64,000 bases of DNA from an uncultured Gemmatimonadaceae bacterium. GTDB lineage: Bacteria > Gemmatimonadota > Gemmatimonadetes > Gemmatimonadales > Gemmatimonadaceae. Of this stretch, positions 9,581 to 24,184 are shown one piece after another; the first letter of the stretch is position 1; each line of letters opens with the position of its first letter. The stretch is taken from NCBI GenBank assembly GCA_963761305.1, contig CAVXGK010000002.1:1504001-1568000 (forward strand), given 5' to 3'. Both the position numbers and the translations under genes were made by a program. The notes below the pieces were generated by a model. The model ran no database searches and was not told where the DNA came from. It saw only the letters and a list, made by a program, of their open reading frames with translations.

Positions 9581-9919
9581 TCAGCGTTTCAGCAGCGACG
9601 TGAGCATCTTGATGATCGTCACGCCGCGATTGCGGTGGCGCCAATAGATGGCCCGCGTGATCCGCTTCGACGCGTAGTTCGCACGGAGGTGGCGGATCGT
9701 CTCCTCCGTCTCTCCGCGTGCGACGCGGAGCGAATAGCCGCGCTCTTTGTCCTTTCCTCGGCCAAACCCCTCACTGATATTCGAGCCGATCGCCTGCGAG
9801 GCTTTGCGCAACTGCGTCACGTGGATCAGTCGACGAGGCGATTCGTCGATGAGGCGATTGATGTCATCCGCCAGTTGGTCCGCCGCGTCCAGCACGGCGA
9901 GGTCACGATGATTGCTCAT
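9581..9919 (-). CDS. Four helix bundle protein (23S rRNA IVS protein / TIGR02436-like)
   Basis: 112 aa: HRDLAVLDAA...QLRKASQAIGSNISEGFGR...LRVARGETEET...IIKMLTSL matches the family pattern QL.RA..SI..NIAEG.GR...IARGS..E. Confidence 0.9.
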   Translation of the reverse strand: MSNHRDLAVLDAADQLADDINRLIDESPRRLIHVTQLRKASQAIGSNISEGFGRGKDKERGYSLRVARGETEETIRHLRANYASKRITRAIYWRHRNRGVTIIKMLTSLLKR

Positions 9920-10006
9920 GCGCCACGCTAACGGGAGCGTGACGTCCGACCGACACCACTTTCTCGCCCACCACATCCTCCCACCGCCTCACGTCGTCGC
10001 GCCTCC

Positions 10007-10173
10007 CGCGCAGTTTGGCCGTCGCGCTCTTTGGCCGTCGCGCTCTTTGGCCGTCGCGCTCTTTGGCCGTCGCGCTCTTTGGCCGTCGCGCTCTTTGGCC
10101 GTCGCGCTCTTTGGCCGTCGCGCTCTTTGGCCGTCGCGCTCTTTGGCCGTCGCGCTCTTTGGCCGTCGCGCTC
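10007..10173 (-). repeat. 16-bp tandem array, right (inverted) arm of element B (~10.5 units)
   Basis: 9 perfect CGCGCTCTTTGGCCGT units (10023-10166) plus a variant at 10007; reverse complement of the left-arm family. Confidence 0.97.
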
Positions 10174-10225
10174 GTCGCTGTCTGCCGCGTCTGGCCGTCC
10201 GTCGCCCGACCGATAGATTGCTGGC

Positions 10226-13417
<3,192 letters not shown>

Positions 13418-13425
13418 CCGGGGAT

Positions 13426-14001
13426 ATGAGATTCATGAATCGCCGTGGAATCGTGCAGGCGTCGCTCGGCGTCCTGCTCGCCGGTGCCGCCGCGCGGCCA
13501 GCGATGGCGAGCGTGAGTCGCCTCACCGTCGCCGACTCGACGGTCGAGCTGCTCGGCTACCACACCACGTTCCCGAGCGGTTGGTCGCGCAAGCCTCCCG
13601 CGTCGTCCTCACGGCTCGCCCAGTTCGTCATTCACGGCGCCGATGCGTCGAGCGACGCCGAAGTGGTCGTGTTCTTTTTCGGGGCGACACAGGGCGCCAA
13701 CGTGGACGCGAACGTCGCGCGATGGCGAAGCCAGTTTTCGACGTCTGACGGCTCGCCCGTGCCCGAGACGATCGCCCGCGACTCGACAGGCACGTTCCCG
13801 GCGACGATCGCCGAGTTTCGCGGCACGTATCAGCGGGGCGTCGGCGCTGGATCGGCCGACTCGGTGCGCACCGGGCAAACGCTCGTCGCGACGATCGTCG
13901 AAACGCCGCACGGCACGCTCTTCGTTCAGCTGTTCGGCCCCACCGCCACCGTGGCGGCGCATCGTGCCGAGCTCGTCCGGTTTGTGAAGGAGCTCAAATA
14001 G
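13426..14001 (+). CDS. Secreted hypothetical protein (Tat-like signal)
   Basis: NRRGIVQASLGVLLAG signal; FFFGATQGANVDANVARWRSQF motif; coding-like codon usage. Confidence 0.65.
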   Translation: MRFMNRRGIVQASLGVLLAGAAARPAMASVSRLTVADSTVELLGYHTTFPSGWSRKPPASSSRLAQFVIHGADASSDAEVVVFFFGATQGANVDANVARWRSQFSTSDGSPVPETIARDSTGTFPATIAEFRGTYQRGVGAGSADSVRTGQTLVATIVETPHGTLFVQLFGPTATVAAHRAELVRFVKELK

Positions 14002-14040
14002 CAGTATCGTAGGACGGGGGGGGATAAAACCGAACGGATC

Positions 14041-14268
14041 GTGCGCAAACGCGTCATCTACGACCCCGGGGAACCTGTCGTCGTCCAGGACTACGTGCTG
14101 GAGGCGCTGGCCGTGCTCGATCAGTCCGTGCTCGAGACGGCGGACATCCCGTCGATGGTGCGCTGCGACCGCATCGGCGAGATCACGCAACGGGCCCTGC
14201 TGATCGTTCGACGAGAGCACCTGAGCGAAGCGCGCGAGGTATTGTGCCTCGACCGAGCCGACGCGTGA
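14041..14268 (+). CDS. Small hypothetical protein, possibly DUF2007-like
   Basis: 75 aa; ..A.L..SVLE.ADIP..V...LIVRREHLSEAREVL pattern; stop overlaps the next GTG start. Confidence 0.5.
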   Translation: MRKRVIYDPGEPVVVQDYVLEALAVLDQSVLETADIPSMVRCDRIGEITQRALLIVRREHLSEAREVLCLDRADA

Positions 14269-15854
14269 GAAGCGACTCGCCCACCGCCCGGACAGCAGTC
14301 GCAGCGCTCCTGCTGACAGTCGCGGGGTGCACCTCGCTCCCCTGGCACGCCGGCCCGACGCTGCCACGCGAGCAACGTCTCACCGAATCGGAGCGCATCG
14401 CGCATGTCTTGTCGCGGCTGACCTTCGGCGCGCGTCCGGGCGACGCGCAGCGTGTCACAGCCATCGGCATCGACCGCTGGATCGATCAACAGCTGCATCC
14501 GGAGTCGATTCCCGACAGCGCTGTCACCGTCGCGCTGGCGCCGCTCGAGTCGTGGAACGGGCCGACGAAGAACATCACCGCGGTCCCCGACGCACCACGA
14601 CGACTTGCGTTGACCCCGATGTCGGTCCTCGTCAAGGACACCGCCGCGCTGGCGCAACTTCACATGATCGCGGTCCGGCTTGCCGCACTGCAGCTGGACG
14701 ACGACTTCGTCGCCGGCAAGATCATCAACGCGCAGATGAGCGAGCGGCAGCTGTTCGAGGTGGTTGCCGACTTCTGGGAAAACCACTTCTCGGTGTACCG
14801 AGGCAAGATGCCGTCGCGCGAGGCGCTCGTCGTCTTGGATCGCGATGCGATTCGTCCTCACGCCCTCGGCAAATTCCGCGACCTGCTCGGCGCCGTCGCG
14901 CACAGCCCCGCGATGCTGTACTACCTCGACAACTACCTCAGCACGAGCGGCGCCCTGAACGAGAACTACGGGCGCGAGCTGCTGGAGCTTCACACGCTCG
15001 GCGTCGACGGCGGCTACACACAGCACGACGTCGTGGAGGTTGCCCGCGCGTTCACGGGATGGACGATCGCGAGGGCACGCGATCCGAGCCTGTTCGCGTT
15101 CTACCAAGAACGCCACGACACGGGAACGAAGACGATTCTCGGCCACGTCTTGCCGGCGGGCCGCGGCATCGAAGACGGCGAGGAGGTCCTCGACATTCTC
15201 GCGCGGCATCCGTCGACGGCCCACCACATCGCGTTCAAGCTGGTTCGCCGCCTCGTCAGCGACGACCCGCCGCCGGCGTTGGTCGAGCGCGCGGCCGCGA
15301 CGTTCTCGCGCACCGAGGGCGACATCGCCCAGGTGGTGCGGACCATTATCACGAGTCCTGAGTTCTTCTCGCACGCGGCGTTCCGCGCCAAGGTCAAGAC
15401 GCCGTTCGAGCTCGTCGTCAGCGCGCGGCGCGCCGTGAACGCCGCGCCGGACACGAGCGCGGCCACGGTTCGCCAGATCGCGCAGCTCGGCCAGCCCATA
15501 TTCGGGTGGGCGACACCAGAGGGATGGCCCGACCGCGGCGACGCGTGGATCAATTTCGGCGAGATCTACAAGCGCATTCGCTTCGGCGGCGACGTGGCGG
15601 ATGGCCGAATCCCCTCCGCGGAGCCGGAGCACTGGCGCGACTGGTCCGCGCTCGCATCGCTGCCGCTGCAACGTCAGATCGACGCCATCGTCACGGACGT
15701 TTTCGGCGGATCCGCGGAATCGGCGACGCGCAGCGCGATGCTCGCTGTTCAGCCGATGGGCGCTGCTCAGGACACGACGATCGGGAATGGGCAGCGGAGC
15801 CTTCGTGCGTTGCTCACGATTGCCCTGGCCTCACCGCAGTTCCAACACCGTTGA
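14265..15854 (+). CDS. DUF1800 family protein (lipoprotein signal)
   Basis: HVLSRLTFGARPG, WIDQQLHP, FWENHFSV, SPAMLYYLDN, NENYGRELLELHTLG, ARAFTGW, KVKTPFE, SPQFQHR; VAGC lipobox. Confidence 0.92.
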   Translation: MRSDSPTARTAVAALLLTVAGCTSLPWHAGPTLPREQRLTESERIAHVLSRLTFGARPGDAQRVTAIGIDRWIDQQLHPESIPDSAVTVALAPLESWNGPTKNITAVPDAPRRLALTPMSVLVKDTAALAQLHMIAVRLAALQLDDDFVAGKIINAQMSERQLFEVVADFWENHFSVYRGKMPSREALVVLDRDAIRPHALGKFRDLLGAVAHSPAMLYYLDNYLSTSGALNENYGRELLELHTLGVDGGYTQHDVVEVARAFTGWTIARARDPSLFAFYQERHDTGTKTILGHVLPAGRGIEDGEEVLDILARHPSTAHHIAFKLVRRLVSDDPPPALVERAAATFSRTEGDIAQVVRTIITSPEFFSHAAFRAKVKTPFELVVSARRAVNAAPDTSAATVRQIAQLGQPIFGWATPEGWPDRGDAWINFGEIYKRIRFGGDVADGRIPSAEPEHWRDWSALASLPLQRQIDAIVTDVFGGSAESATRSAMLAVQPMGAAQDTTIGNGQRSLRALLTIALASPQFQHR

Positions 15855-15954
15855 CTCGCCGGCCCCCCCAACACGTGGGCTCCCTCGTGCGATATTTCAG
15901 CGGAACGAACTCGCCCGCTAAACTCGCTCAACCGATGACGATGGAGATCGCGCA

Positions 15955-17541
15955 ATGCTGAACCGCCTTCAATTGGCCGGGGCTGCTTCTTTGTTCCTCG
16001 TTGGAACCCTCACGGCTCAGCGTCCGGGAGGCCCGGGCGGTCCTGGAGGACGCGCAGGCGGAGCGGCCGGCGCGCCGGAGCCCGCCGAAGAAGGCGTCGC
16101 GGCGATCGAGAGACTCTCGACGACGCACCACACCGTTACGATCAGCGGCAAAGCGATCGCGTACACGGCGAACACCGGCACGATGGTCATTCGCGACGAC
16201 GACGGAAAGCCCAAGGCCACCGTCTTCTACGTTTCGTATACGCGCGATCAGGAAGACGCGGCCACTCGCCCGGTGACGTTCTTCTTCAACGGCGGCCCGG
16301 GATCGGCGTCGATCTGGCTCGACATGGGACTCATGAGCCCGCGCCATCCGGAGATGGGGCCCGACGGCGCGCAGCCCGCGCCGCCGTACAACCTCGTCGA
16401 CAATCCCGTGTCGCCGCTCGACGTCACGGACCTCGTTCAAATCGACGCGATGATGACGGGCTATTCGCGCCCCGGACCGGGCGCGAGGGTGACGGACTTC
16501 ACTGGCGCGACGAACGACGTCCGGCTCTTCGCGCAGTTCATTCGCAACTACCTCGACAAGTACAGCCGCTGGGCGTCGCCCAAGTATCTCTACGGCGAGA
16601 GCTACGGCACCTTCCGCTCGGCGGGCCTCTCGTCCGAGCTGCAGTCGGGGGAAGGGATCGAGCTCAATGGCGTCATGCTCCTCGGCACGGTGCTCGACTT
16701 CGGAAACATCCAGCCATCGTCGACCAACGACCTCGCCTACGCCTGCTATCTGCCGACGTACGCGGCCACGGCCTGGTACCACAAGAAGCTCCCGGCCGAG
16801 TTGCAGAAGCAGTCGCTGGAGCAGGTCGTGCAGCAGGCGCGGACGTTTGCCTTCGGCGATTACATGACGGCGCTGTCGAAAGGCAACACGCTCACGGCGG
16901 CCGAGCGCGCCACTGTCTCGCAGCAGCTGGCGCGTCTCACCGGCGTTTCGCAACAATACGTCGCGAATACGAACCTTCGCATCGACCCCGGTGTGTTCCG
17001 CACGGAGCTGCTGCGCGGCGAGCGCTTGACCGTGGGCCGCTACGACAGCCGCATGACGGGACTCAACGGCAACGCGTCGAGCCAGCGGCAGGACTACGAT
17101 CCGTCGGACGTGGCGCCTTCGGGCGCGTTCATGTCGGCGTTCATGCGATACCTGCACGCCGATCTCAATTACACGAGCGACTTGCAGTATTACATGGGCG
17201 GTCACGCCGGCCGCTGGGACTATACGAGTCTCACGGGACTCGGCAACCTCGGCAGCGGCTATCCGAGCGAGTCGGAGGCATTGCGGACGGCGATGGCGAA
17301 GAATCCATATCTCCACGTCATGGTCGGCGCGGGCTACTACGACATGGCGACGCCGTTCGCCAACGCGGAGTACACGTTCAATCATCTCGGCTACGACCAG
17401 ACCTACCGCGACCGCGTGCAGTTCAAGTACTACAAGAGCGGCCACATGGCGTATCTGAATCAGGAATCGGCGAAGGAGTTGAAGTCCGACATCGCCAAAT
17501 TCATCGAGAGCACCCAGCGGCAGGCCAATCTGACGCCGTAG
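15955..17541 (+). CDS. S10 family serine carboxypeptidase
   Basis: FFNGGPGSAS, YGESYGT nucleophile motif, GYYDMATP, SGHMAY; signal peptide. Confidence 0.92.
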   Translation: MLNRLQLAGAASLFLVGTLTAQRPGGPGGPGGRAGGAAGAPEPAEEGVAAIERLSTTHHTVTISGKAIAYTANTGTMVIRDDDGKPKATVFYVSYTRDQEDAATRPVTFFFNGGPGSASIWLDMGLMSPRHPEMGPDGAQPAPPYNLVDNPVSPLDVTDLVQIDAMMTGYSRPGPGARVTDFTGATNDVRLFAQFIRNYLDKYSRWASPKYLYGESYGTFRSAGLSSELQSGEGIELNGVMLLGTVLDFGNIQPSSTNDLAYACYLPTYAATAWYHKKLPAELQKQSLEQVVQQARTFAFGDYMTALSKGNTLTAAERATVSQQLARLTGVSQQYVANTNLRIDPGVFRTELLRGERLTVGRYDSRMTGLNGNASSQRQDYDPSDVAPSGAFMSAFMRYLHADLNYTSDLQYYMGGHAGRWDYTSLTGLGNLGSGYPSESEALRTAMAKNPYLHVMVGAGYYDMATPFANAEYTFNHLGYDQTYRDRVQFKYYKSGHMAYLNQESAKELKSDIAKFIESTQRQANLTP

Positions 17542-17551
17542 GCCCGAAGGG

Positions 17552-17947
17552 ATGGAACCAAATCCGACTCGCCCGCGTAGGGAGGCGAGTCGGGTTTGGA
17601 CCATCGTCCATCTTCGGGAGCGTCCGGTGGGAGATCCTGGATTCATCGGCGTCATCGCCATCGTCGCCGTAGTCGGGCTGGCGACCTCGTTCACGTTCCT
17701 TCGCCGCGTGCTCGAGATGCGGCACGAGCGTTTCCTGCGCGCGCCGTCGGAGCCCCGGGCGCTCGAGGCCCTCTCCAGACGGCTCGACCGCATCGAGAAC
17801 GCCGTCGACGCCACGTCGCTCGAGGTCGAGCGGATCGCCGAAGCGAGTCGCTTCATGGCGAAACTCCTCGCGGAGCGCGGCGCGGCCGCGGCTCCGCCGT
17901 CGCCGGCCGCCCAACACGCGTCGGAGCGCGTCATCACGCCCCACTGA
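17552..17947 (+). CDS. Small single-pass membrane hypothetical protein (start uncertain)
   Basis: One TM helix followed by a coiled coil RLDRIENAVDATSLEVERIAEASRFMAKLL. Confidence 0.6.
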   Translation: MEPNPTRPRREASRVWTIVHLRERPVGDPGFIGVIAIVAVVGLATSFTFLRRVLEMRHERFLRAPSEPRALEALSRRLDRIENAVDATSLEVERIAEASRFMAKLLAERGAAAAPPSPAAQHASERVITPH

Positions 17948-17983
17948 TTGGCGCGGGAATGGTTGCGTCCTCGGCAGACGGAA

Positions 17984-17998
17984 TGGCCGCCGTCTTGC
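17984..17998 (+). promoter_or_regulatory. Candidate sigma-54 promoter
   Basis: TGGCCGCCGTCTTGC (GG-N10-GC with TTGC) upstream of 18032. Confidence 0.3.
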
Positions 17999-18031
17999 CC
18001 ATAAAGAAATTGCAACAAGCAGGAGGACGCG

Positions 18032-18544
18032 ATGAAATTGACGCGCCGAGTACGCTTCGCGACGCTCATGACCGTTGCTCCGTTGGTTCCAGCAGCGCTG
18101 CTGTGGTCGCACTTCCACGCGCCGCCCATCGAGCAATCGGCAATTCGACTCGAAGTGAGCCTGTCCGATCGGCAACTGCGAGTCATCGAAGACGGGCAAG
18201 TGACTCATTCGTATGGCGTCGCGGTCGGCCGCCCGAGCCACCCGACACCGACCGGACACTTCCGAACCGGCGACATCGACTGGAATCCGCAGTGGGTACC
18301 GCCGCCGACCGCCTGGGCGCGTGACAAGGTCTACCAGGCGCCGGGCTCTCCGGACAACCCAATGGTCGGCGTAAAGATCTATTTCGAGGCGCCGTATTAC
18401 TTCATTCACGGCACCAACGACCCCGAATCCATCGGCGAAGCCGCGTCACACGGGTGTATTCGAATGAACCCGGACGACGCCATCAGCCTCGCGCATCAGA
18501 TCCAGGATGCGGGAGGAAGTGTGCCGTTAACGATTTCTGATTGA
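18032..18544 (+). CDS. L,D-transpeptidase (YkuD family)
   Basis: VAVGRPSHPTPTG, PGSPDNPM, FIHGTN...ASHGCIRM catalytic motif; AGGAGG RBS. Confidence 0.93.
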   Translation: MKLTRRVRFATLMTVAPLVPAALLWSHFHAPPIEQSAIRLEVSLSDRQLRVIEDGQVTHSYGVAVGRPSHPTPTGHFRTGDIDWNPQWVPPPTAWARDKVYQAPGSPDNPMVGVKIYFEAPYYFIHGTNDPESIGEAASHGCIRMNPDDAISLAHQIQDAGGSVPLTISD

Positions 18545-18553
18545 TCGACGGCC

Positions 18554-18590
18554 GGACCGGCTCCGCGCGTTTCTCGCGCGGAGCCCGGTC
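18554..18590 (+). terminator. GC-rich hairpin downstream of the L,D-transpeptidase
   Basis: GACCGGCTCCGCGCG-TTTCT-CGCGCGGAGCCCGGTC; weak U tract. Confidence 0.55.
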
Positions 18591-18602
18591 TTGCCCCCCG
18601 CC

Positions 18603-18706
18603 GCGCGCTGGTCTGATGTCGGTTGTCTGACGTCGCCCATCCGACTTCGAGCGCAAGATCGGAATCCAGTCCGGCGAGGACAGACGGCGGTCTGGCCGCG
18701 AACCAC
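18603..18706 (+). repeat. Heptamer-core dispersed repeat, copy 1
   Basis: GG-TCTGATG-TCGGTTG-TCTGACG-TCGCCCA-TCCGACT-TCGAGCG...TGGCCGCGA; aligns with the copies at 22224, 23871 and 24001. Confidence 0.8.
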
Positions 18707-18744
18707 CCGCAGTTGGCTCTTGCGCCTTTCGCCGTTCTGCCATA

Positions 18745-18771
18745 TGGTCGTATGGGTAACCCATAGGACCA
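18745..18771. promoter_or_regulatory. 27-bp palindrome, likely PadR operator
   Basis: TGGTCGTATGGGTAACCCATAGGACCA (12 of 13 arm pairs), ending 3 nt before the PadR ATG. Confidence 0.7.
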
Positions 18772-18774
18772 CGG

Positions 18775-19121
18775 ATGGCGGAGAAGCTCGACGTTCAGCA
18801 GGGCACGCTCGCCCTGATGATTCTCAAGACCCTCGAAGGGCTCGGCCCGCTGCACGGCTACGGCATCGCGCGGCGCATCGAGGAGACGAGCGGCAACCGG
18901 CTCGCCCTCAATTACGGCACGCTGTACCCCGCCCTGCTCAAGCTCGAGCAGGAAGGCGCCATCGCCGCCGACTGGCGCCAATCGGAAAACAATCGTCGCG
19001 CGAAGTTCTATTCGCTTACGCCGGCCGGCCGCAAGCAGCTGGCGCGTGAGACGCGCGATTGGCACCGGACGGCCGACCTGATCGCCGCCTTTCTCTCGCC
19101 GCGCCGCGGCGAGGAGGCCTC

Positions 19122-19125
<4 letters not shown>
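18775..19125 (+). CDS. PadR family transcriptional regulator (Acidobacterial type)
   Basis: QGTLALMILKTL..GPLHGYGIARRIE...GTLYPALLKLE...W..SENNRRAKFYSLT..GRKQL. Confidence 0.95.
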
Positions 19126-21827
<2,702 letters not shown>

Positions 21828-21864
21828 CGGTCGGGGCCTTTGGGCGGGCGATAAATTCGGGGGC

Positions 21865-22197
21865 ATGCCCCTCCTCTTCTCGTACGGCACGCTGCGGCAG
21901 GACGACGTGCAACTGTCGACCTTTGGCCGTGTGCTGCACGGCGAACGCGATGCGCTGCTCGGTTTCGAGCAGTCGCAGTTCGAGGTCACCGATCCGCAAT
22001 TCGTCGCCGCCAGCGGCAAGTCGCAACACGCGAGGGTCGCGTTCAACGGGCGCACCAGCAGCCGTGTGGCCGGGTTGGTGTTCGAGGTGACCGATGCCGA
22101 GCTAGCGAGCGCCGATGCGTATGAGCCGGCGGGATACACCCGCGTACTCGCGGTGTTGGCGTCGGGACGGCGGGCCTGGGTCTACGCGGAGCGGTGA
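21865..22197 (+). CDS. Gamma-glutamylcyclotransferase family protein
   Basis: LLFSYGTL, ELASADAYEPAGYTR, AWVY. Confidence 0.85.
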   Translation: MPLLFSYGTLRQDDVQLSTFGRVLHGERDALLGFEQSQFEVTDPQFVAASGKSQHARVAFNGRTSSRVAGLVFEVTDAELASADAYEPAGYTRVLAVLASGRRAWVYAER

Positions 22198-22223
22198 GGC
22201 GGTACCACAGAACCTCAGATCCT

Positions 22224-22326
22224 GTCACGCCTGGTCTGAACTCTGCTGTCAGAAATCTGACCTCCGACTTCGAGCGCGCGGCCGGGCTACCCAGGCCGAG
22301 CCGGATCTCTGAGTGGCCGTGATCCC
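22224..22326 (+). repeat. Heptamer-core dispersed repeat, copy 2
   Basis: GTCACGCCTGG-TCTGAAC-TCTGCTG-TCAGAAA-TCTGACC-TCCGACT-TCGAGCG...GAGTGGCCGTGATCC. Confidence 0.85.
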
Positions 22327-22367
22327 ATCGCTCTAAGTTCCGTGTATCTTCGGCCACTCGAGGCCAT

Positions 22368-22568
22368 ATGGCGCAGCGCTGGGAGTACATGATTCTCGAC
22401 GTTGGTGTGGCCGGGTTCTGGCTAGGCCCGAACCTCGACGGCAACGCCCTCACGGCGAAGCTGAACGAGTTGGGCGCCGAAGGTTGGGAAGCGCTCGGGC
22501 TGAGCGACATGGCCACGACCCAAGGACGCACGAAGGACCTCGTCATCATCCTCAAGCGTCCGGTCTGA
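22368..22568 (+). CDS. DUF4177 family small protein
   Basis: RWEYMIL...LNELGAEGWEAL...ILKRP. Confidence 0.85.
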   Translation: MAQRWEYMILDVGVAGFWLGPNLDGNALTAKLNELGAEGWEALGLSDMATTQGRTKDLVIILKRPV

Positions 22569-22586
22569 CCGCGGAGCGAGGTCGTT

Positions 22587-23153
22587 GTGATTCCGGTCGG
22601 GTTCTGCACGCCGCGTCTACTCCTCCGCCAGTGGCGCGCCGACGACGCCGACGGGTTGCATCCGCTCCTCGTCGCCAACTACGAGCGTCTCGCGCCGTGG
22701 ATCCCGGCGCGCGTCGCGACTCCCGCGCCGCTGGCGGCGCTCTCCGACCGCTTGTCGGGATTCGTGGCGGAGTTCGACGCCGGTCGCGAATGGCGATTTG
22801 CGATGCTGACGCCCGACGAAACGAGGCTCATTGGCGAGATCGACTTGTTCCCTCGGTCGGCAAGCGGTCGAGTGCATGTTGCCGAGGCGGACCGCGCAGA
22901 GATCGGGTACTGGATCCGCGCCGACGAAAGCGGGCGCGGGTTCGTCACCGAGGGGGTGCGCGCGATGATCGACGTCGCGCGGCAAGTCGATCGATTCACG
23001 CACCTCGAGATCCGCTGCGACGAGCGCAACGTCCAGAGCGCCGCGGTGCCCAGGCGCCTCGGCTTTCGACTGTCGGAGACGATCGACCAACCGCCGGCCA
23101 AGGCCGAGCAGCGCGGCACTCAGTTGCAGATCTGGACGTCGAGCGCGCGCTGA
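22587..23153 (+). CDS. RimJ/RimL-type GNAT N-acetyltransferase
   Basis: TPRLLLRQW, AEIGYW...GRGFVTE, N..SAAVPRRLGF. Confidence 0.9.
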   Translation: MIPVGFCTPRLLLRQWRADDADGLHPLLVANYERLAPWIPARVATPAPLAALSDRLSGFVAEFDAGREWRFAMLTPDETRLIGEIDLFPRSASGRVHVAEADRAEIGYWIRADESGRGFVTEGVRAMIDVARQVDRFTHLEIRCDERNVQSAAVPRRLGFRLSETIDQPPAKAEQRGTQLQIWTSSAR

Positions 23154-23158
23154 CCGCG

Positions 23159-23851
23159 ATGGCCACCGGCTCGACGATGAGACTCGCAGCGAGAGCATCG
23201 CTGTCGCTCGCCGCCCTTGCGGTCGCGATGGGACTGTTGGTCTTCGTGCCCGCCGGTACCGTGCGTTACTGGCAAGGTTGGGTCTACCTCGCGGTGTTCT
23301 TCGGCGCTTCGCTGATAACGACGCTCGATCTCCTTCGTCGCGACCCGGCACTGCTCGAGCGCCGTATGAGCGGCGGCCCCACAGCCGAACAGCGCGGCAC
23401 GCAGAAAGTCGTCATGCTCGGCGCGTCGGCGGCCTTCATCGCGCTGCTCGTCGTCCCCGCGCTCGACCATCGCTTCGGCTGGTCCACCATTCCGCTCGGC
23501 GTCGTCGTGATCGGAGACGTTCTCGTCGCTGTCGGGTTCTTGTTCATCTTTCGTGTGTATCGTGAAAACACGTTTACATCCGCGACGATCGAGATTGCGC
23601 AGAACCAGACGGTCGTGTCGACGGGACCATACGCGATCGTCCGGCACCCGATGTACGCCAGCGCGATGTTGTACCTGATCGGGACTCCACTCGCGCTCGG
23701 TTCGTATTGGGGACTGTTGGCGGTGGCAGCGATGGTGCCGTTCCTGATTTGGCGGCTGTTCGACGAGGAACGGATGTTGGTGGCGAATCTGGCGGGGTAC
23801 GCGGAGTACAGACGGAAGGTGAGTTACCGGTTGATTCCGTACATCTGGTAG
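23159..23851 (+). CDS. Isoprenylcysteine carboxyl methyltransferase family membrane protein
   Basis: RENTFTSATIE, QTVVSTGPYAIVRHPMY, EERML...GYAEYRRKVSYRLIPYIW. Confidence 0.9.
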   Translation: MATGSTMRLAARASLSLAALAVAMGLLVFVPAGTVRYWQGWVYLAVFFGASLITTLDLLRRDPALLERRMSGGPTAEQRGTQKVVMLGASAAFIALLVVPALDHRFGWSTIPLGVVVIGDVLVAVGFLFIFRVYRENTFTSATIEIAQNQTVVSTGPYAIVRHPMYASAMLYLIGTPLALGSYWGLLAVAAMVPFLIWRLFDEERMLVANLAGYAEYRRKVSYRLIPYIW

Positions 23852-23870
23852 CCTGCTCAGACGTCAGACG

Positions 23871-23974
23871 GGTTGGCCGGCCACTCTGGGTTCGGTTGGC
23901 CGTTTGATGTGTCGGCTGCGCGCTCGACGTCTGACGTCCGACGTCCGATATCAGACGTCAGACCCTGCGTTGTA
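23871..23974 (-). repeat. Heptamer-core dispersed repeat, copy 3 (inverted, back-to-back with copy 4)
   Basis: Minus strand reads GG-TCTGACG-TCTGATA-TCGGACG-TCGGACG-TCAGACG-TCGAGCG...GAGTGGCC, with the same 76-nt offset as copies 2 and 4. Confidence 0.85.
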
Positions 23975-24000
23975 CGTTGACGTGGGATCGGACCTGACCG

Positions 24001-24103
24001 GTCACGCCTGGTCTGATGTCGGATTTCTGAAGTCTGACGTCCGAGTTCGAGTCGGCAGCCGTACCAACCAGCCCAAGACAGACCTTAGAGTGGCCGCGAT
24101 CCA
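24001..24103 (+). repeat. Heptamer-core dispersed repeat, copy 4
   Basis: GTCACGCCTGG-TCTGATG-TCGGATT-TCTGAAG-TCTGACG-TCCGAGT-TCGAG...GAGTGGCCGCGATCC. Confidence 0.85.
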
Positions 24104-24184
24104 ACCGCCGTCATTCGCCGGTCGTCACCCAACCATCGGGTCCCGATCGCTGTCTATCTCGTCGAGCCGCGACCCGAGACCATC

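Noticed and set aside
9581..9919. Avd of a diversity-generating retroelement
   Set aside because: The fold family is related, but no reverse transcriptase or TR/VR pair differing at adenines is visible in the window.
9459..10173. 23S rRNA intervening sequence
   Set aside because: The flanks are protein-coding genes; no rRNA sequence is present.
15928..18186. Long antisense or alternate-frame ORFs (e.g. 15928-18186, 2406-3860, 14121-15671, 34222-35535)
   Set aside because: Shadow ORFs expected in high-GC DNA; they overlap well-supported genes and have Arg/Ala-rich, motif-free translations.
22484..23158. N-terminal extension of the ICMT ORF
   Set aside because: It overlaps the GNAT gene in another frame; ICMT-like sequence starts at about 23159.
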